A stretch of DNA of 64,000 bases from positions 16,618,001 to 16,682,000 of the forward strand of contig CM059433.1 in assembly GCA_030390025.1 (NCBI GenBank), read 5' to 3'. Positions within the stretch are counted from its first letter, which is position 1; each line of letters starts with the position of its first letter. A model generated the notes under the pieces. It saw only the letters and a list, made by a program, of their open reading frames with translations, was not told the DNA's origin and made no database searches. The position numbers and the translations under genes are program-made. Origin of the DNA: Squalus acanthias. Taxonomy: Eukaryota. This document shows positions 23,179-36,070 of the stretch, piece by piece.

Positions 23179-23314
23179 GGGGTTAATTTGTGGGTGATAG
23201 TATAAAACGAGCGACATTGATTAGCCGCCCATTATACATCTCCGGATTTCCATTTCCATTGACTTCGATATCAATATCTCCCATTTTATACGATCAACCA
23301 ATCAAAATTACCCC
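23179..23314. mobile_element. Short Harbinger-type MITE
   Basis: TIRs GGGGTTAATTT / AAATTACCCC with subterminal GTATAAAA / TTTTATAC symmetry. Confidence 0.5.
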
Positions 23315-23584
23315 TCTATGTGTGTGTGTGTGAATGGTGGGTGGGAGTGTACCGGTCCACGTTATCTTCAGAATGGAGGTCTTACCAGGGCCCATCCAAT
23401 ACAACACAGCAATATACATGAGGTAATGACCTCACATGAGGTCTGTGCTTCTAACTGAAAAACAGTTGCCAGTTACCATGAGTGGGAAGTAGAAAAAAAT
23501 GAACGAACCATTTTTAATTTTGTTTTTTTTCCCTCTCCATCTTTCTATACCTTGCCAACAGGGCCAATGCTCCCAGGCCTCTTT

Positions 23585-23997
23585 TTTTTTATTCTCAGGA
23601 TGTGGGCATCACTGACAAGGCTGGCATTTATTGCCCATCCCTAGTTGCCCTGAGAAGGTGGTGGTTGTGGGCCTTCTTTTTGAACCACTGGCAGTTTGAT
23701 AGGCCACTTCAGAGGGCAGTTAAGAGTCAACGACACTAGTGTGGGATTAGAGTCAATTTAGGGTAAGGACAGCAGCTTTCCTTCCCTAAAAGACATTAGT
23801 GTAGCAGCTGGGGTTTTATGACAATCCAACAGCTTCATTATCACTTTTACTGATGCCAGCTTTTTATTTCTAGAATTTTTGAACTGAATTCAATTTGTCC
23901 AACTGCCATGGTGGGATTTGAACTCGCATTGTCTGGATTATTAGTTCAGATTTTTGGATTACTAGTCTAATAGCACAGCCACTACACTACCGTACCC
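23585..23997 (-). mobile_element. tRNA-derived SINE with CR1-group tail
   Basis: Reverse-complement homologue of 43262-43615. Confidence 0.7.
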
Positions 23998-24523
23998 ATC
24001 CCTGTCAAGGCTGCTGATGAGTCAGTACCTAGGAGGTGTGCAAAATTGGCTCAGGGAGCCTGAGGAATGCCTGGCTTCTGCTCTGTGGCACTCCAACCTG
24101 TACTGGCTCAGATTGGAAATTCAATGTGGGCGACTCACAAGAAAAACCCGCATCCTGCTAGTCTTTGGAACACCCAAAGCTCCATTGAAAACAAAAACTT
24201 TGTTAAGATGGACCCGAATCAGTTCTATTTGAACATGTAAGCCTATTGATACTTGCTAATATAATTTGCATGATTCCACCTTTATAAAAGCTAAGTGTTG
24301 TTAAAAGTCTTCACAGAAACAAGCTATGCAACCTGCGAGCAATCTTGATTGCCAGAGGTATCACCTTTCACCCTACGTGCTGATTGGCGCCCATATGTTT
24401 AGTTATTTTGTGGCTGTGCACTGAAGGCGAATTCATTTTGTTGTATAAACAGTAGCTAAAGTTACCTTGCCAACAGCCTGTAGATATGAGGAGGAGACAG
24501 ATGTTTTTTTTTTCCTCTTACAG

Positions 24524-25655
24524 AAGATTTTCATATCTGCTAACTGTTGTTTCTGTCTAGACTTTGACTATTGAATTGCTAGCAGCTCTAAGTGTCAAGA
24601 GATTCATTAAACACTTAAGGAGCTTCTGTTTACTGTACGTTATAATCTTACTGTTGAATAGTTTGTAAACAGAAACATTGTGAAATGGTGCTGGGTTTCT
24701 CCCAAAAGAGAGAAAGCCATTTGTAGATGTTAACAGGTTGCAGTTAAGTAAGAAAAATGAACCACCATTAAAGCATATTGTCCTGAATTTATTATGTATT
24801 AAAAATTTTAAATGTACTTGCGTCAATGACTGTCTGGGAGATGGGTAATATCGTAAATGTCATTCATTACTCACGGTTCTGAAATGTCTCCTTGATTTTG
24901 CCATTTATTTCTGAAGCTACTGCATAAATTAAGGAGAGCACAAAAAAGACTGTGTATAAATCTACAAGAATTTTGAAAATACATCCCCAGTGGGTTCATG
25001 TGTCATCCAAACTTGAACTACTTCCAGCATGAGAAGTTAGCATTCTTTAACGTGGTGTGAATCTGGTTTTGATCCCAATTTATATTTGATAAACTGGAGG
25101 TGTTTTTGTTTAATTTCTGTTGACCTGATTGCATTGGGACTGCCTCCCTCACAGCATATTTGCAATTTAGTATAAAACAAGGAATATGTAAATGAGTGTG
25201 TTCGGATTGCCTTGCAGATCCTACAAACGTGTGCACACGTGTCCTGCTCCAGACTTAAATGTGAAAACTGGAAAGGGGGTCAGAGGAAAGAGACTCACCC
25301 TCTCTGTACATGGGGTTTCTATTTATTACAGATTTCTCCTGCATTGTTGTTTTTATGTATCTCTCAACGTGCTTTTCATTAGAAATTATTCTGGCTGGGA
25401 AACATGAACTAAAAGTAATTTGTTGCTGGAATTACTCCAACTGTTGTTAATACTTGTAGGTGACTTGATATCTTTAAATGAAAATGTTGTAAGTACTGGT
25501 GTTTGTAAAGGAAAAGACCAATTACTATATATTGTGAAAATAAATCAGTATTTTATATTATAACAACATATACCAGGCAAGTAAAGCTGCTTTATGTAAA
25601 GAATTTAAGAATGTGCTTGTACTCTATTCACTAATAAAATAATACTTTTATAAAA
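24524..25655 (+). other. Possible terminal non-coding (3' UTR) exon, perhaps of FAM110C
   Basis: Strong acceptor (T)10CCTCTTACAG at 24504-24523, then ~1.1 kb of AU-rich repeat-free sequence ending in AATAAA at 25633-25638. No matching donor was identified with confidence. Confidence 0.3.
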
Positions 25656-25786
25656 AAACATATGATGTTCCTCCTGGTCTTTCTACACATTACTCTAAGC
25701 ATGGGCAGGTGAGTGCCCTCGGGCTTCTGTAAGTGCCATTCGGTTAGCAACTACCAGAGATGCACACAAATAGTTTGAAGGTTACT

Positions 25787-26020
25787 CTTTATCCAGAGAG
25801 TGGTCAGAATGTGGAACTTGTTACCATATGGAGTAGTTGAGGAGAATAGCATAGATGCATTTAAGGGGAAGCTAGATAAGTACATGAGGGAGAAAAGAAT
25901 AGAAGGATATGCTGTTAGGGTTAGATGAAGTAAGTTGGGATGAGATTCATGTGGAGCGTAAACACTGGCACAGACTAATTGGGTCAAATGGCCTGTTTCT
26001 GTGTTTGTAAATTTTATGTA
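25787..26020 (+). mobile_element. CR1 LINE 3' fragment
   Basis: CCAGAGAGTGGTCAGAATGTGGAAC...AATGGCCTGTTTCTGTG, similar to 31515-31727. Confidence 0.75.
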
Positions 26021-26129
26021 CTTATCCTCCAACTTGGTGTTGCTCACTTCCTCGGTGGTTCCCATTGAAATCAGTAACTCACCTTGAATGGAATCCCATA
26101 CAAACCCATATCTTGCGCTCCATGGTACA

Positions 26130-26870
26130 CTACATTGGAGGGATCTTGGGATTTTAATGGACAGGTCATTAAACCAGAAGTACAATGTTCCCAGGTTGTT
26201 TAAAAAAGCAAACAGTATGTTGGGACGCATAGCAAAGGATATAACACATAAATCCAGAAAGATCATTTTTAAAATAAAAACAGAAAATGCTGGAAATACT
26301 CAGCAGGTCAGGCAGCATCTGTGGAGAGAGAAACATTCAGGTCAATGACCTTTTGTCAGAATTTTTAAAACTATTTGACCCCGGTGAGACGTGCAGTTTT
26401 GGTCTCCCTATTTCAAAAAAAATATATTCAGTTACTCAACTTAAGAGAATGGTGTATGAGGAAAGATTGACTAGCCTTGTTTTTCACTCTTAAAAAGAGA
26501 AGACTGAGAGGGGGGGGGGGGGGGATTTGATATAAGTGTTTAAAATTATCAAAGGTTTGGACAAATTGGATCCAAGTAAGCTTTTCTGCCATGTACAGGA
26601 TTTAAGCACAAGGGGGTCATATTTACAAATTAAGGGCAGCAAAATAAAATAGGAAATGCAGGTGAAACTTTTTTTACTAAAAGGGCGGTAAGTATGTGGA
26701 GCAGCTTAATGGCAAATGTGGTGGAACACAAACCTTAATAGGTTTCAAAAAGGAACTAGGCAGGTTCTTATAAACAAATGGGTTTTACGGTTATTAGAAA
26801 TGTACCAAAGCAATACTGTGAATAGGTGGGTTGGATGGACCAAAGGTCTTCTCAGGCTTGAAACTATGTT
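26130..26870 (+). mobile_element. Old CR1 ORF2 3' fragment with an inserted Penelope-type end (26270-26362, -)
   Basis: RDLGILMD...KKANSMLGRI and YEERLTSL motifs. Confidence 0.65.
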
Positions 26871-27267
26871 ACTGCGTAATTCATTCCTCAATTAGGTCGG
26901 TTATTTGATGCTTCAAAATTTAAATAATTCAACCACTATTATATAAACTTATTTAATAAGTTAATGATTCTGCATTGCTTTCTAGATTATTATGGAATCT
27001 ATAAATCCCCAATCTTTTTTATGAGTTACTTTCTTCCTTTCCATATTCAGTTATCTGTAGGTCAAATAACAATTGCCTCTGCTAACAGTGCACTGTAACT
27101 GGCCACTCAAACATGCTGGAGAATTGAGAGCATTTGTTTTCCATTTCTGGGTCCCCAGTGTCAGCAACATCTGAGAACAAGAACTTACTTTATATGTGCA
27201 TCCCTGGTCAACCACTATGTTTTTAACAATTATTGTGATGCCAAATTAAAACAAAAACTAGAGGCTG

Positions 27268-27302
27268 ACAGTTCTGACGAAAGGTCATCGACCTGAAACG
27301 TT
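27268..27302 (+). ncRNA. Minimal hammerhead ribozyme (Penelope-type), split by a MITE insertion; 3' part resumes at 28130
   Basis: ACAGTT-CTGACGA-A-AGGTC(atc)GACCT-GAA-ACGT-T, then the MITE, then GTTAACTCTGT...ACAGATGCTGCC. Confidence 0.7.
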
Positions 27303-28129
27303 GGGCTGGATTTTGCCAATGGGGAGCTTTTGGAGGCGGGACTCCCACTTGTTGGGTTTTAGTCCCGCCTCCATCGACTTGTGGCCAACCCACGCTATTT
27401 TCCCTTGATTGACATTGTTAAGCCCGCCCAGTGGGCTCAGCAGGCCAATTAAGGGGAAGCCGGTGACAGAGAACGTCAGCGTATGACGTTTCATCTGTCA
27501 AAAATTTTTGACAGATGAATTGTCATCGTTTGACAGCTTTGAGAAGCTGTCAAACACTGACATTCTCTGTTGTTTGATGAGTCCTTGTATTCAAGGCTCA
27601 TCAAACCTATCTGCTGAGCAGAAATCAGATGGCTGTTGCATCGGAGAATGCAGCAGCCATCTGTCATCTCTGCCGCGGAGATGCCGGTTCCCCAACGGTT
27701 GAAGCCTGCAGGAAGAAACAAAGGTAAGTAAACATTTTCTATCACTTTTCACTCACCTCACATACTTACCTCTCCACACTTGCACCCATCACTCACCTCC
27801 ACAGCGCACTTTTCGACCCCGCAGACCCCCGCAGACCCACTGCTCGCCTCGCTGACCCTGGCGGGGATTCCCGATGTCGGGAAGCCTGCACTTGCAGGGG
27901 TAAAATGGGGATAATCCTCTTAACTACCTGTTAACAGGCAGTTAAGTGGCTGCAATCCCCTTCCGGCCTTGGGGAGGCGGCTCCCAGCGCAGGTTGGGTA
28001 CCCGCCTCCTGGGAAGATGGCACGGAGGTGGGTTGGGGACGGGATGGGCACCCGCCCCCAGATTCTGCCATTTTCCCGGCAGTCCCGCCTCCATACCCGC
28101 CTCCCCAGGGCTGGCAAAATTCCCCCCCC
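27303..28129 (+). mobile_element. Harbinger-type MITE, family B copy 1
   Basis: TIRs GGGCTGGATTTTGCC / GGCAAAATTCCCCCC. A 3-bp TSD (GTT) is visible because the host element resumes. Homologous in reverse to 46231-46990. Confidence 0.8.
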
Positions 28130-28311
28130 GTTAACTCTGTTTCTCTCTCCACAGATGCTGCCTGGCCTGCGGAGTATTTCCAGCATTTTCTATTTTATAA
28201 AGAATATGGACTTGGTACTGAATCTTTATGTATACTCTTGAGATGAAATACAATGGAAAATTTATTTTTCTGCAGATTCTTTCCTGGAAGCAGAAGCTTC
28301 TGATAATTTTA

Positions 28312-28665
28312 GGGAGTGCTACACTGTCGGAGTTGCTGTCTTTCGGATGAGACTTTAAACCGAGGCCCTATCTGCTCTCTCGGGTGGATGTAAAAGATCC
28401 CATGGCATTATTTCGAAGAAGAGCAGGGGAGTTATCCCCGGTGCCCTGGCCAATATTTATCCCTCAACCAACATAACAAAAGCAGATTATCTGGTCATTA
28501 TCACATTGCTGTTTGTGGGAGCTTGCTGTGTGCAAATTGGCTGCTGCGTTTCCCACATTACAACAGTGACTGCACTCAAAAAGTACTTCATTGGCTGTAA
28601 AGCGCTTTGAGATGTCTGGTGGTCGTGAAAGGCGCTATAGAAATGCAAGTCTTTCTTTTCTTTTT
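28312..28665 (+). mobile_element. 5'-truncated Deu-domain SINE
   Basis: Near-identical to 14840-15190. Confidence 0.8.
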
Positions 28666-28695
28666 GCCCTACAAAAATATTAATTAGGGAATCAA

Positions 28696-28835
28696 GTGAC
28701 ACAGTGGGTTAGACACTGGCCTTTTGTCTCTGAAACCTTGGTTAAAATTATGGTTCGATTAATGGGATGAAAGTGCCCTCTGTCTGCTGGCTGTCAGGAT
28801 GCTCCACAAAATGTGTTTGGCATCGGTCTGCAGCA
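28696..28835 (+). mobile_element. Ancient tRNA-SINE head, LF-SINE-like
   Basis: Degenerate A box, GGCCTTT..CTCTG..ACCT.GGTT and GAAAGT...CTG.TGGCTGT. Resemblance is from memory only. Confidence 0.3.
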
Positions 28836-28999
28836 CAGAACCCCAAGTTGGGGCTGAGGCGTGTATTTAGGATAGGATGGTAGGGGGGGGCTTTACTTTG
28901 TATTAGCTGTACTATACCTGCCCTGGGAGTGTTATGGGGAGAGGTGCAATGTCAGCACTGATATCACTTACCTCGATAAGCACAAAAGTTAAATAAAAA

Positions 29000-31727
29000 G
29001 AAACATTGCAGGGTATAACATATTTAGAAAAGATAGAGAGGGTAAAAGGGGAGGTGGAGTAGCTGTACTTATTAGGGATAACATAATGGCAGTAGAAAAA
29101 AGGGACATAGATATCAGCAAGACAAAAATAGAATCCATGTGGCTAGAGATAAAAGATAATAAAGGATCAATCACACTAATAGGCGTAGTCTACAGCCCAC
29201 CTAATAGTGGAAGGGAGGTGGAGGAAGAAATATGCAGACAAATTAGAGAAATGAATAAAAAACATAAAATAATAATTATGGGGGATTTCAACTACCCTGA
29301 TATTAATTGGACAGAAGATGTAGGTAAAGGGGATAAGGGAATGGAGTTCCTACAATGTCTACAGGACTCCTTTCTAACCTAATATGTAAAAAGCCCAACA
29401 AGGGAGGTTTTGCTATTGGATCTAGTTATGGGGAATGAGCCAGAGCAGATAAGAGAAGTAAAAGTAGGGGAACATATAGGCAATAGTGACCTTAATATAA
29501 TACACTTTATGATGATAATAGAGAAGGACATAAGTATGACAAAAACCAGGTTAATAGACTGGAGAAAAGCTGATTTTGAGGGGCTGAGCATAGAACTTGG
29601 GAAGATAAAATGGGCAACAATTTTGGCAAACAACGATGTAGAACGACAATGGGAAACATTTAAAACGGTGTTCAACAGAGTGCAGGAAAAATATATTCTG
29701 TTACAAGGAAAGAACAAACTAAACACTAATGAGACTCCATGGATGAATAAAGACATAAGGGAACAATTGAGGGTATGGAAAGAGGCACACATTAAGTACA
29801 TAGACAGCAGGGGAGTGCATGATAAGAGAGAATATGAAGGGATTAGGAGAGAAGTCAAAAAAAACAATAAGGAAGGCAAAGAGGAACTATGAAATTAAAT
29901 TATCAAGGAACATAAAACAAAATTATAAAATATTTTACAGGCACATCAATAAAAAAAAGGAAGGTTGGGATGGGAATAGGGCCATTAAGGGATAGACAGG
30001 ACAATACCACAGGTAACGATAGAGAGATGACAGAAATATTAAATCATTATTTCGCTTCAGTATTTACCAGGGAGATAGAAGAGGTGGGCATGACATTGGA
30101 TGATGAGATGAGTAATGAGATAAGTGCATTTAAAATAAAAAAGGGGATATATTAAATAAACTAATCAAACTCAAAGAGGATAAAACCCCTGGTCTGGATG
30201 GATTGCATCCACACATTTTAAAAGAATTTAGGGAAGAGATAGCAGAGGCATTACTACACATATTTAATAATTTGTTAGAGAAAGGTTAGCTATCAGAGGA
30301 CTGGCGGATAGCTAACGTAATACCTATGTTTAAGAATGGGGATAGAACATGTCCAGGGAATTATAGACCAGTCAGCTTAACATCGGTGGTCGGAAAAATA
30401 ATGGTATCCCCACTAAAGGAGAGAATAGAAGAACATCTAGAAACAAAAAGTATAATAATGAATAGTCAGCATGGATTTCAAAAGGGAAAATCTTGCTTGA
30501 CCAACCTTATTGAATTTTTTGAAGAGGTAACAGAGAAAGTACACAATGGTAATGCAGTAGATGTAATCTATCTAGATTTTCAAAAGGCCTTCGATAAGGT
30601 ACCCCATAATAGACTAATGAATAAGGTCAGAGAATGCCGGGTCAGGGGACAAGTAGCAGAATTGATTGCTAGCTGGCTTCAAGACAGAAAGCAGAGAGTG
30701 GGAGTAAAGGGTAGCTATTCACTGTGGCAGAAGTTGGGTAGTGGTGTTCCACAAGGATCAGTGCTAGGACTACTGCTGTTCACAATTTACATTAACGATT
30801 TAGACTTTGGAATCAAAAACACAATTTCTAAATTTGCGGATGATACCAAATTGGGGATCGTCAATACTGAGGAGGACTGCAACAAATTACAGGAGGACAT
30901 CAATAAACTTGCAGAATGAGCAAATGATTGGCAAATGAAGTTCAACGCAGATAAATGTGAGGTATTACATTTTGGTAGGAAGAATAGGGAGGTCACTTAG
31001 AGGGTGCAAGTCTAGGTGGGGTAGAGGAACAAAGGGATCTCGGAGTACAAATACACAAATCACTAAAAGTTGCGCCATAGGTTAGCAAGGCCATAATAAA
31101 AGCAAACCAAGCACTAGGGTTTATTTCTAGAGGGATAGAATTGAAAAGTAGGGAAGTTATGCTAAACCTGTATCGAGCCTTGGTTAGACCACACTTAGAG
31201 TACTGCATGCAGTTCTGGTCGCCATATTATAAAAAGGATATAGAGGCACTGGAGAGGGTGCAGAGAAGATTTACAAGGATGATACCAGAAATGCGAGGGT
31301 ATACATATCAGGAAAGGATGAACAGGCTGGGTCTCTTTTCTCTTGAAAAAAGAAGGCTGAGGGGTGACCTAACAGAGGTCATTAAAATTATGAGAGGTTT
31401 TGATAGAGTGGATACAGAGAGAATGTTTCCACTTGTGGGGAAGAGCATAACTAGAGGCCATCAATATAAGATAGTCACCAAGAAATCCAAAAGGAAATTC
31501 AGAAGAGACTTCTTTACCCAGAGAGTGGTGAGAATGTGGAAGTCGCTACCACAGGGAGTGGTTGAAGCGAATAGTATAGATGCATTTAAGGGGAGGCTGG
31601 ACAAGTATAGAGGGTTATGCTGATAGATTTAGATGAGGAAAGATGGGAGGAGCATAAACGCCAGCATGGACTGGTTGGGCCGAATGGCCTGTTTCTGTGC
31701 CGTATATCCTATGTAATCCTATGTAAT
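29000..31727 (+). mobile_element. 5'-truncated CR1 LINE; ORF2 (APE endonuclease + RT) disrupted by stops and frameshifts
   Basis: IIMGDFNYPDINW, LLDLV, NYRPVSLTSVVGK, YLDFQKAFDKVPH, GVPQGSVLG, KFADDTK, RPHLEYC; tail (CCTATGTAAT)2. Confidence 0.95.
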
Positions 31728-32472
31728 ATAAATACAAGTTGTTGTTGTTGTTGTTGATACCTAAAGCACATTGGGTGACCACATCCTTAGTATTAGCTAC
31801 ATATATATCACTATGGGTGGTTTAAAGTGAATAGTTAAGTTGTAATTCACTTTCAGGCTTCAGGTGAGATCATAATCTATCAACAGGAACCTAAAGGGGG
31901 TTTATGGATGTTATATGAGCCCCAAGTTAAATTAGCTTTTAATGTTATGCTCCACCATTCACAGGCTTTGTAATATATTTGCCCACTACACAACTGAACT
32001 ACATGAACCAAGAAAGTCCCAGGTTCAATTGCTGATTTCTCTTGCATTGGTTGATCTTGACCAGCACAGCAGTAGGGGGCCACAATTGGTCCCACAAACA
32101 GCAAATTAATTAAATGAACAGGTAATCTCTTTTTGGTAATGTTGGTTGAAAGAACAATGTTGGCTAGGACACCTAGATAAATATTCTTGAAATAGTGCCA
32201 CTTGAGCAAACAGGAAGGGCCTCAGCTTTACATCTCAACCAAAAGAGGGATGAGACATTAAACTGAGGGTTATGAGACTCATATCCAAATATAATATTTT
32301 TGAACAATCCACGGGACCAGAAGGATTGATCTTCAGGTTTCAACATTTTTATTTTTAAAACCAACCGTATAATTAAAATTGTTATATATATTTACTGTAG
32401 TTATTCTTCAAAATAATACTCCAGATGAACAATTATCACATCATTGAAAGAGTACTTATGCTGTCAAGTACC

Positions 32473-32720
32473 GGCCCTAACTTTCTGCGGTGAGCTTAAT
32501 GGGCAATTAAAGTGCACACGCACAACATCGAGATAATCACAGGGAAGTTGAGGGCGAGGTGCCGTTTTCGCGAGGTGAGCCGTGCAAATCATCCAGCAAT
32601 TTGTGGCGATTCCCAATTCACGGGGTATCTCTTCCTCGCCACAAGTTGCTGGATGATTTACACATTGATAACGGTGAGCACCATTAAACTCGCCGTTATG
32701 TTGGCAGCAGATTCTGGGCC
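32473..32720. mobile_element. Harbinger-type MITE
   Basis: TIRs GGCCCTAACTTTCTGC / GCAGATTCTGGGCC; CpG-rich interior. Confidence 0.5.
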
Positions 32721-32857
32721 ATGGTGTTCAACGTAACTCTGGATTATGATTCCACGTTCACAAGGTAGTCTGTGAGAAAGTCTGACCCAATGTGAAAGCA
32801 CAAGTAAGAGAAAATGCTTTCTTCTTGTGCCATCACGGTATTTGTTTTCAAGATTCA

Positions 32858-33398
32858 GCACTCAGTTCTGGTCTTCATATTACAAGAAGGATAAAGAGGC
32901 ACTGGAGAAGGTGCAAAAAAAAAGATTTACAAAGGTGATACCAGAACTGAGAGATTACAACTATCAAAAAAGACAGAACAGGCTGTTTTCTCTAGAAAAA
33001 ATACTGAGGGGTGACTTGATAGAGGTCCTCAAAATTATGAAGCGGTTTGATAAGGAAGATGTAGAGAAAATGTTTCCACGTGTGGGGGGACTAAAACTAG
33101 TGGACATAATTATAAAGTAGTCACCAATAAATCCAATAATGAATTCAGGAGTAACTTCTTTACCCAGAGAGTGGTTAGAATATGGAACTTTCTACCACAT
33201 GGAGTAGGTTGATGCGATAGCATAGATGCATTTAAGTGGAAGCGACATAAGTACACAAGGGAGAAAGGAATAGAAGGATATGCTGATAGGGTTAGATGAA
33301 GAAAGGTGGGAGGAAGCTCGTGTGGAGCATAAACACCGGCATAGAGCAGTTGGGCCGACTGGTCTGTTTCTGTGCTGTAAATTCTATGTAATTCTATG
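32858..33398 (+). mobile_element. CR1 LINE 3' fragment
   Basis: QFWSSYYKKDKEALEKVQ...RGDLIEVLKIM; tail ATTCTATGTAATTCTATG. Confidence 0.85.
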
Positions 33399-33679
33399 AG
33401 CAGTGCATTTGAGCCCCACATGGGAATTCAGGCCAAGAAGATTTAATGTTGCCACTATTTCATTTTTAAAGCAGCTATCTTATGCATCACTTTGTGTTTT
33501 AAGGGGGGAGATGAGTGCATTACAGGCCATTAAACAGTGGAGATATGATAGAGGTGGAAATCTGAAGACAGCTCAAAATTGCAGGGCAATGATATTGAGT
33601 GATTTTACCAATTCCAAGACAGACAGGAATAAAGGTAATGTACATGGTCGCGGCGGGGATGTTTTTTTGTAAGAATGAA

Positions 33680-34325
33680 TCCATGACTGCTTCCTAGATC
33701 TAATCCAACAACAAAAGAAGCATTGCTTGGTTTAATTCTGGGAAATGAAACGGGGAAAATAACTCGTGAGACTAGAACAATTGGGAAATAGTTATCTTAG
33801 GTTCAATGTAAGAATATAAAGGGATAATGAAGAGTCATAGATAAGGGTGCTGGACTGGGAAAAGGTGAAGCTCAGCAAGATAAGAAGGGATCTGATCCAA
33901 ATTAACTGGGTTGAAAAGTTAGCCAACAGGTCAGCAGTGGGAAGTTTTCAAATATAAGATGGATCGAGTACAGAACAAATATGTTCCTTTAAGGCAAAGA
34001 GAGGGTGCATCAAAAAATAGAGTTCTGTGGATAAACAGAGAGATTAAAACTAAACCGAAGTATAAAAGGGAAGGATATGATAAAAGTAGCACTAACCATA
34101 CTAAAGAAAATCATGATGAATATACAAAAGATAGTGGGAGATGAAAGGGAGATAGGAAGAGATAACAGGAATATGAAAATAGGCTCGCCAATAATATAAA
34201 AGGAAATAGGCTTTTATAAGCATAAAATAGTAAATAAATAGTTTAACAGAGGTTAGGACCACCCAGGGAAGAAGGAGGGAGTCTAATTTTGGAGGATAGT
34301 GGTATGGCGGCGATATTAAAATATA
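33680..34325 (+). mobile_element. Old CR1 ORF2 internal fragment
   Basis: A-rich strand; DRVQNKYVPLR...WINREIK resembles the EN-RT linker of the other CR1 copies. Confidence 0.55.
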
Positions 34326-35278
34326 TATTTTTTAATTCATTTATGGAATTCAGGAGCGGAAGTCAGGAAGCTCCACAGCCAGGAACACAAATTCATCAAA
34401 TTGACACTTGAATCGTTGAAGCAAAGTGCCAAAGCCTTGGTTTTCGTGGCTAGTTGTGTCTTGGGTCCAGCCTCTAGGAGGCAGTAATATGGTGACCCCC
34501 CAACCCCCACTACCACCTTCTTATTTCTATTTTTCTAAAAATATTTTTTTTTATTATTGTGCTGTAGAAATAGTTGATACTTTCTCAGGTAATTATAGTA
34601 TAACACAGTTTTTCCACCATACCTATAAAAAGAGGCAAATGTCTAGCATTAGAAACCACGTAGGCAAAATGAATTCAATCCGACTTTATTTTCGTTCTGG
34701 CAACTTGATGCCCTTGTCGAGGAAGGTCGACTATTTCCTCAATGCATTATGAATGAAAGGAACATTCCACCCAAGGCAACGTGAAGTCAAAAGAATCTGC
34801 TAATCTTCATCACCTGAATTTCATTTAAATAGCGACGACAATTTTTACAGGCAGGGTTTTGTCTGGCATTGTTCAGCATTTCAATCAAGGAGCTTACCCT
34901 TTGAAATGTATTTTTTTGTACACAGAATGTATTTGCACCAAAGACAAACAGGGCAGGTCATTAAGCAAAACAGCAAGTCTTTAGCTAAGCTGAGAAAAAA
35001 AGCTCCGGTCTCAAACCCGTAAAAATAATAACTCCATTCAGTGGCTTCCTTGCGCTGGTAGCGAGTTTAGCCAGGGATGAATTAAATAAAATACCCCATT
35101 TTATTTGTTAATCTGTACAAAACGGCAAACCTGCCAACTGCCATAGTTTAATTAGGAAAGTTGCACTTTTAATCAGAGCTTTAAATGGTTGAATCTCAAG
35201 ATTTAACTGTTCATTGCTTAGAAAATCCACGGCCCTTCAAGTGCACTGTGCTTTAAGTTCTGTGGGACTGCAACAGCA

Positions 35279-35830
35279 GGGCTGTAAATTAGCCTGGGAC
35301 CCAGATACGCTGGGTCCCGGCCTTCCCCGGTAGATTTTGTAGGGCCTTGTTTGGGGCAGAACCTCCCCCTGTTCCAAAGAAGGAGAGGGGGCATAAGAAG
35401 GGGTGCATCCAGGGGAGGGTTTCCCAGGCTGGGAGTTTCCACGTCCTCATCCTGTCGGAAGAGTAGTGGATTAGTATGGTGAGCGCAAACAGGCGAACTG
35501 GCTTGCCATCCAGCAAAGGTGAGGCCCACCTGGGGATTTGGGCCTGGCTCACGGCCTGGACCCTTGAAGGTGGGCATAAATTTTGACTATTTATCAGGCC
35601 CCTTATAAGGGAGGGTCAAATGACAAACCGCGGAGATGTTTCTAACACTCCCAATTCCCCCCCATCCCCTTCACCCCGCACCCCGCCCCCCCCCCCCCCC
35701 CCCGCCACCTCATCCTCTCCACTCTGGCAGGCACCCAAGATAGCTCTTTAGTAGTGCTAGCTCCCACCCACAATATTAAAATTAAATGACCTTCCCCCGC
35801 ACTCACATAGTTTGGCAGGATCAGCGCCAG
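35279..35830. mobile_element. Degraded Harbinger-type MITE
   Basis: Starts GGGCTGTAAATT; GC-rich with internal palindromes; right end not resolved. Confidence 0.35.
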
Positions 35831-35924
35831 AGGTCACAGACATGCTCATCCCTGGCACTTAGTCCAGGATGTGGGGCCTGAGGATTTTTGAGTTTGAGCT
35901 CATGTTTAAGCACGTTTCCGAGTC

Positions 35925-36070
35925 AAATCATGAGTTCAAGCCCCACTCCAGAGACTTGAGCACATTATCCAGGCTGACACTTCAGTGCAGTACGGAGGGA
36001 GTGCTGCACTGTCGGAGGTGCGGTCCTTCAGATGAGGCGTTAAGCCGAGGCTGTGCCTGCCCTGTCAGGG
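35925..36070 (+). mobile_element. Deu-domain SINE 5' fragment
   Basis: GAGTTCAAGCCCCACTCCAGAGACTTGAGCAC...GTGCTGCACTGTCGGAGGTGC. Confidence 0.7.

Noticed and set aside
26330..26362. Third hammerhead on the minus strand
   Set aside because: The core is mutated (CTGACAA) and stem III/cleavage site is deleted; a dead remnant.
27573..27607. TTGATGAGTCC hairpin as a hammerhead core
   Set aside because: No GAAA after the stem, and the TGATGA is itself base-paired; it is a simple hairpin.
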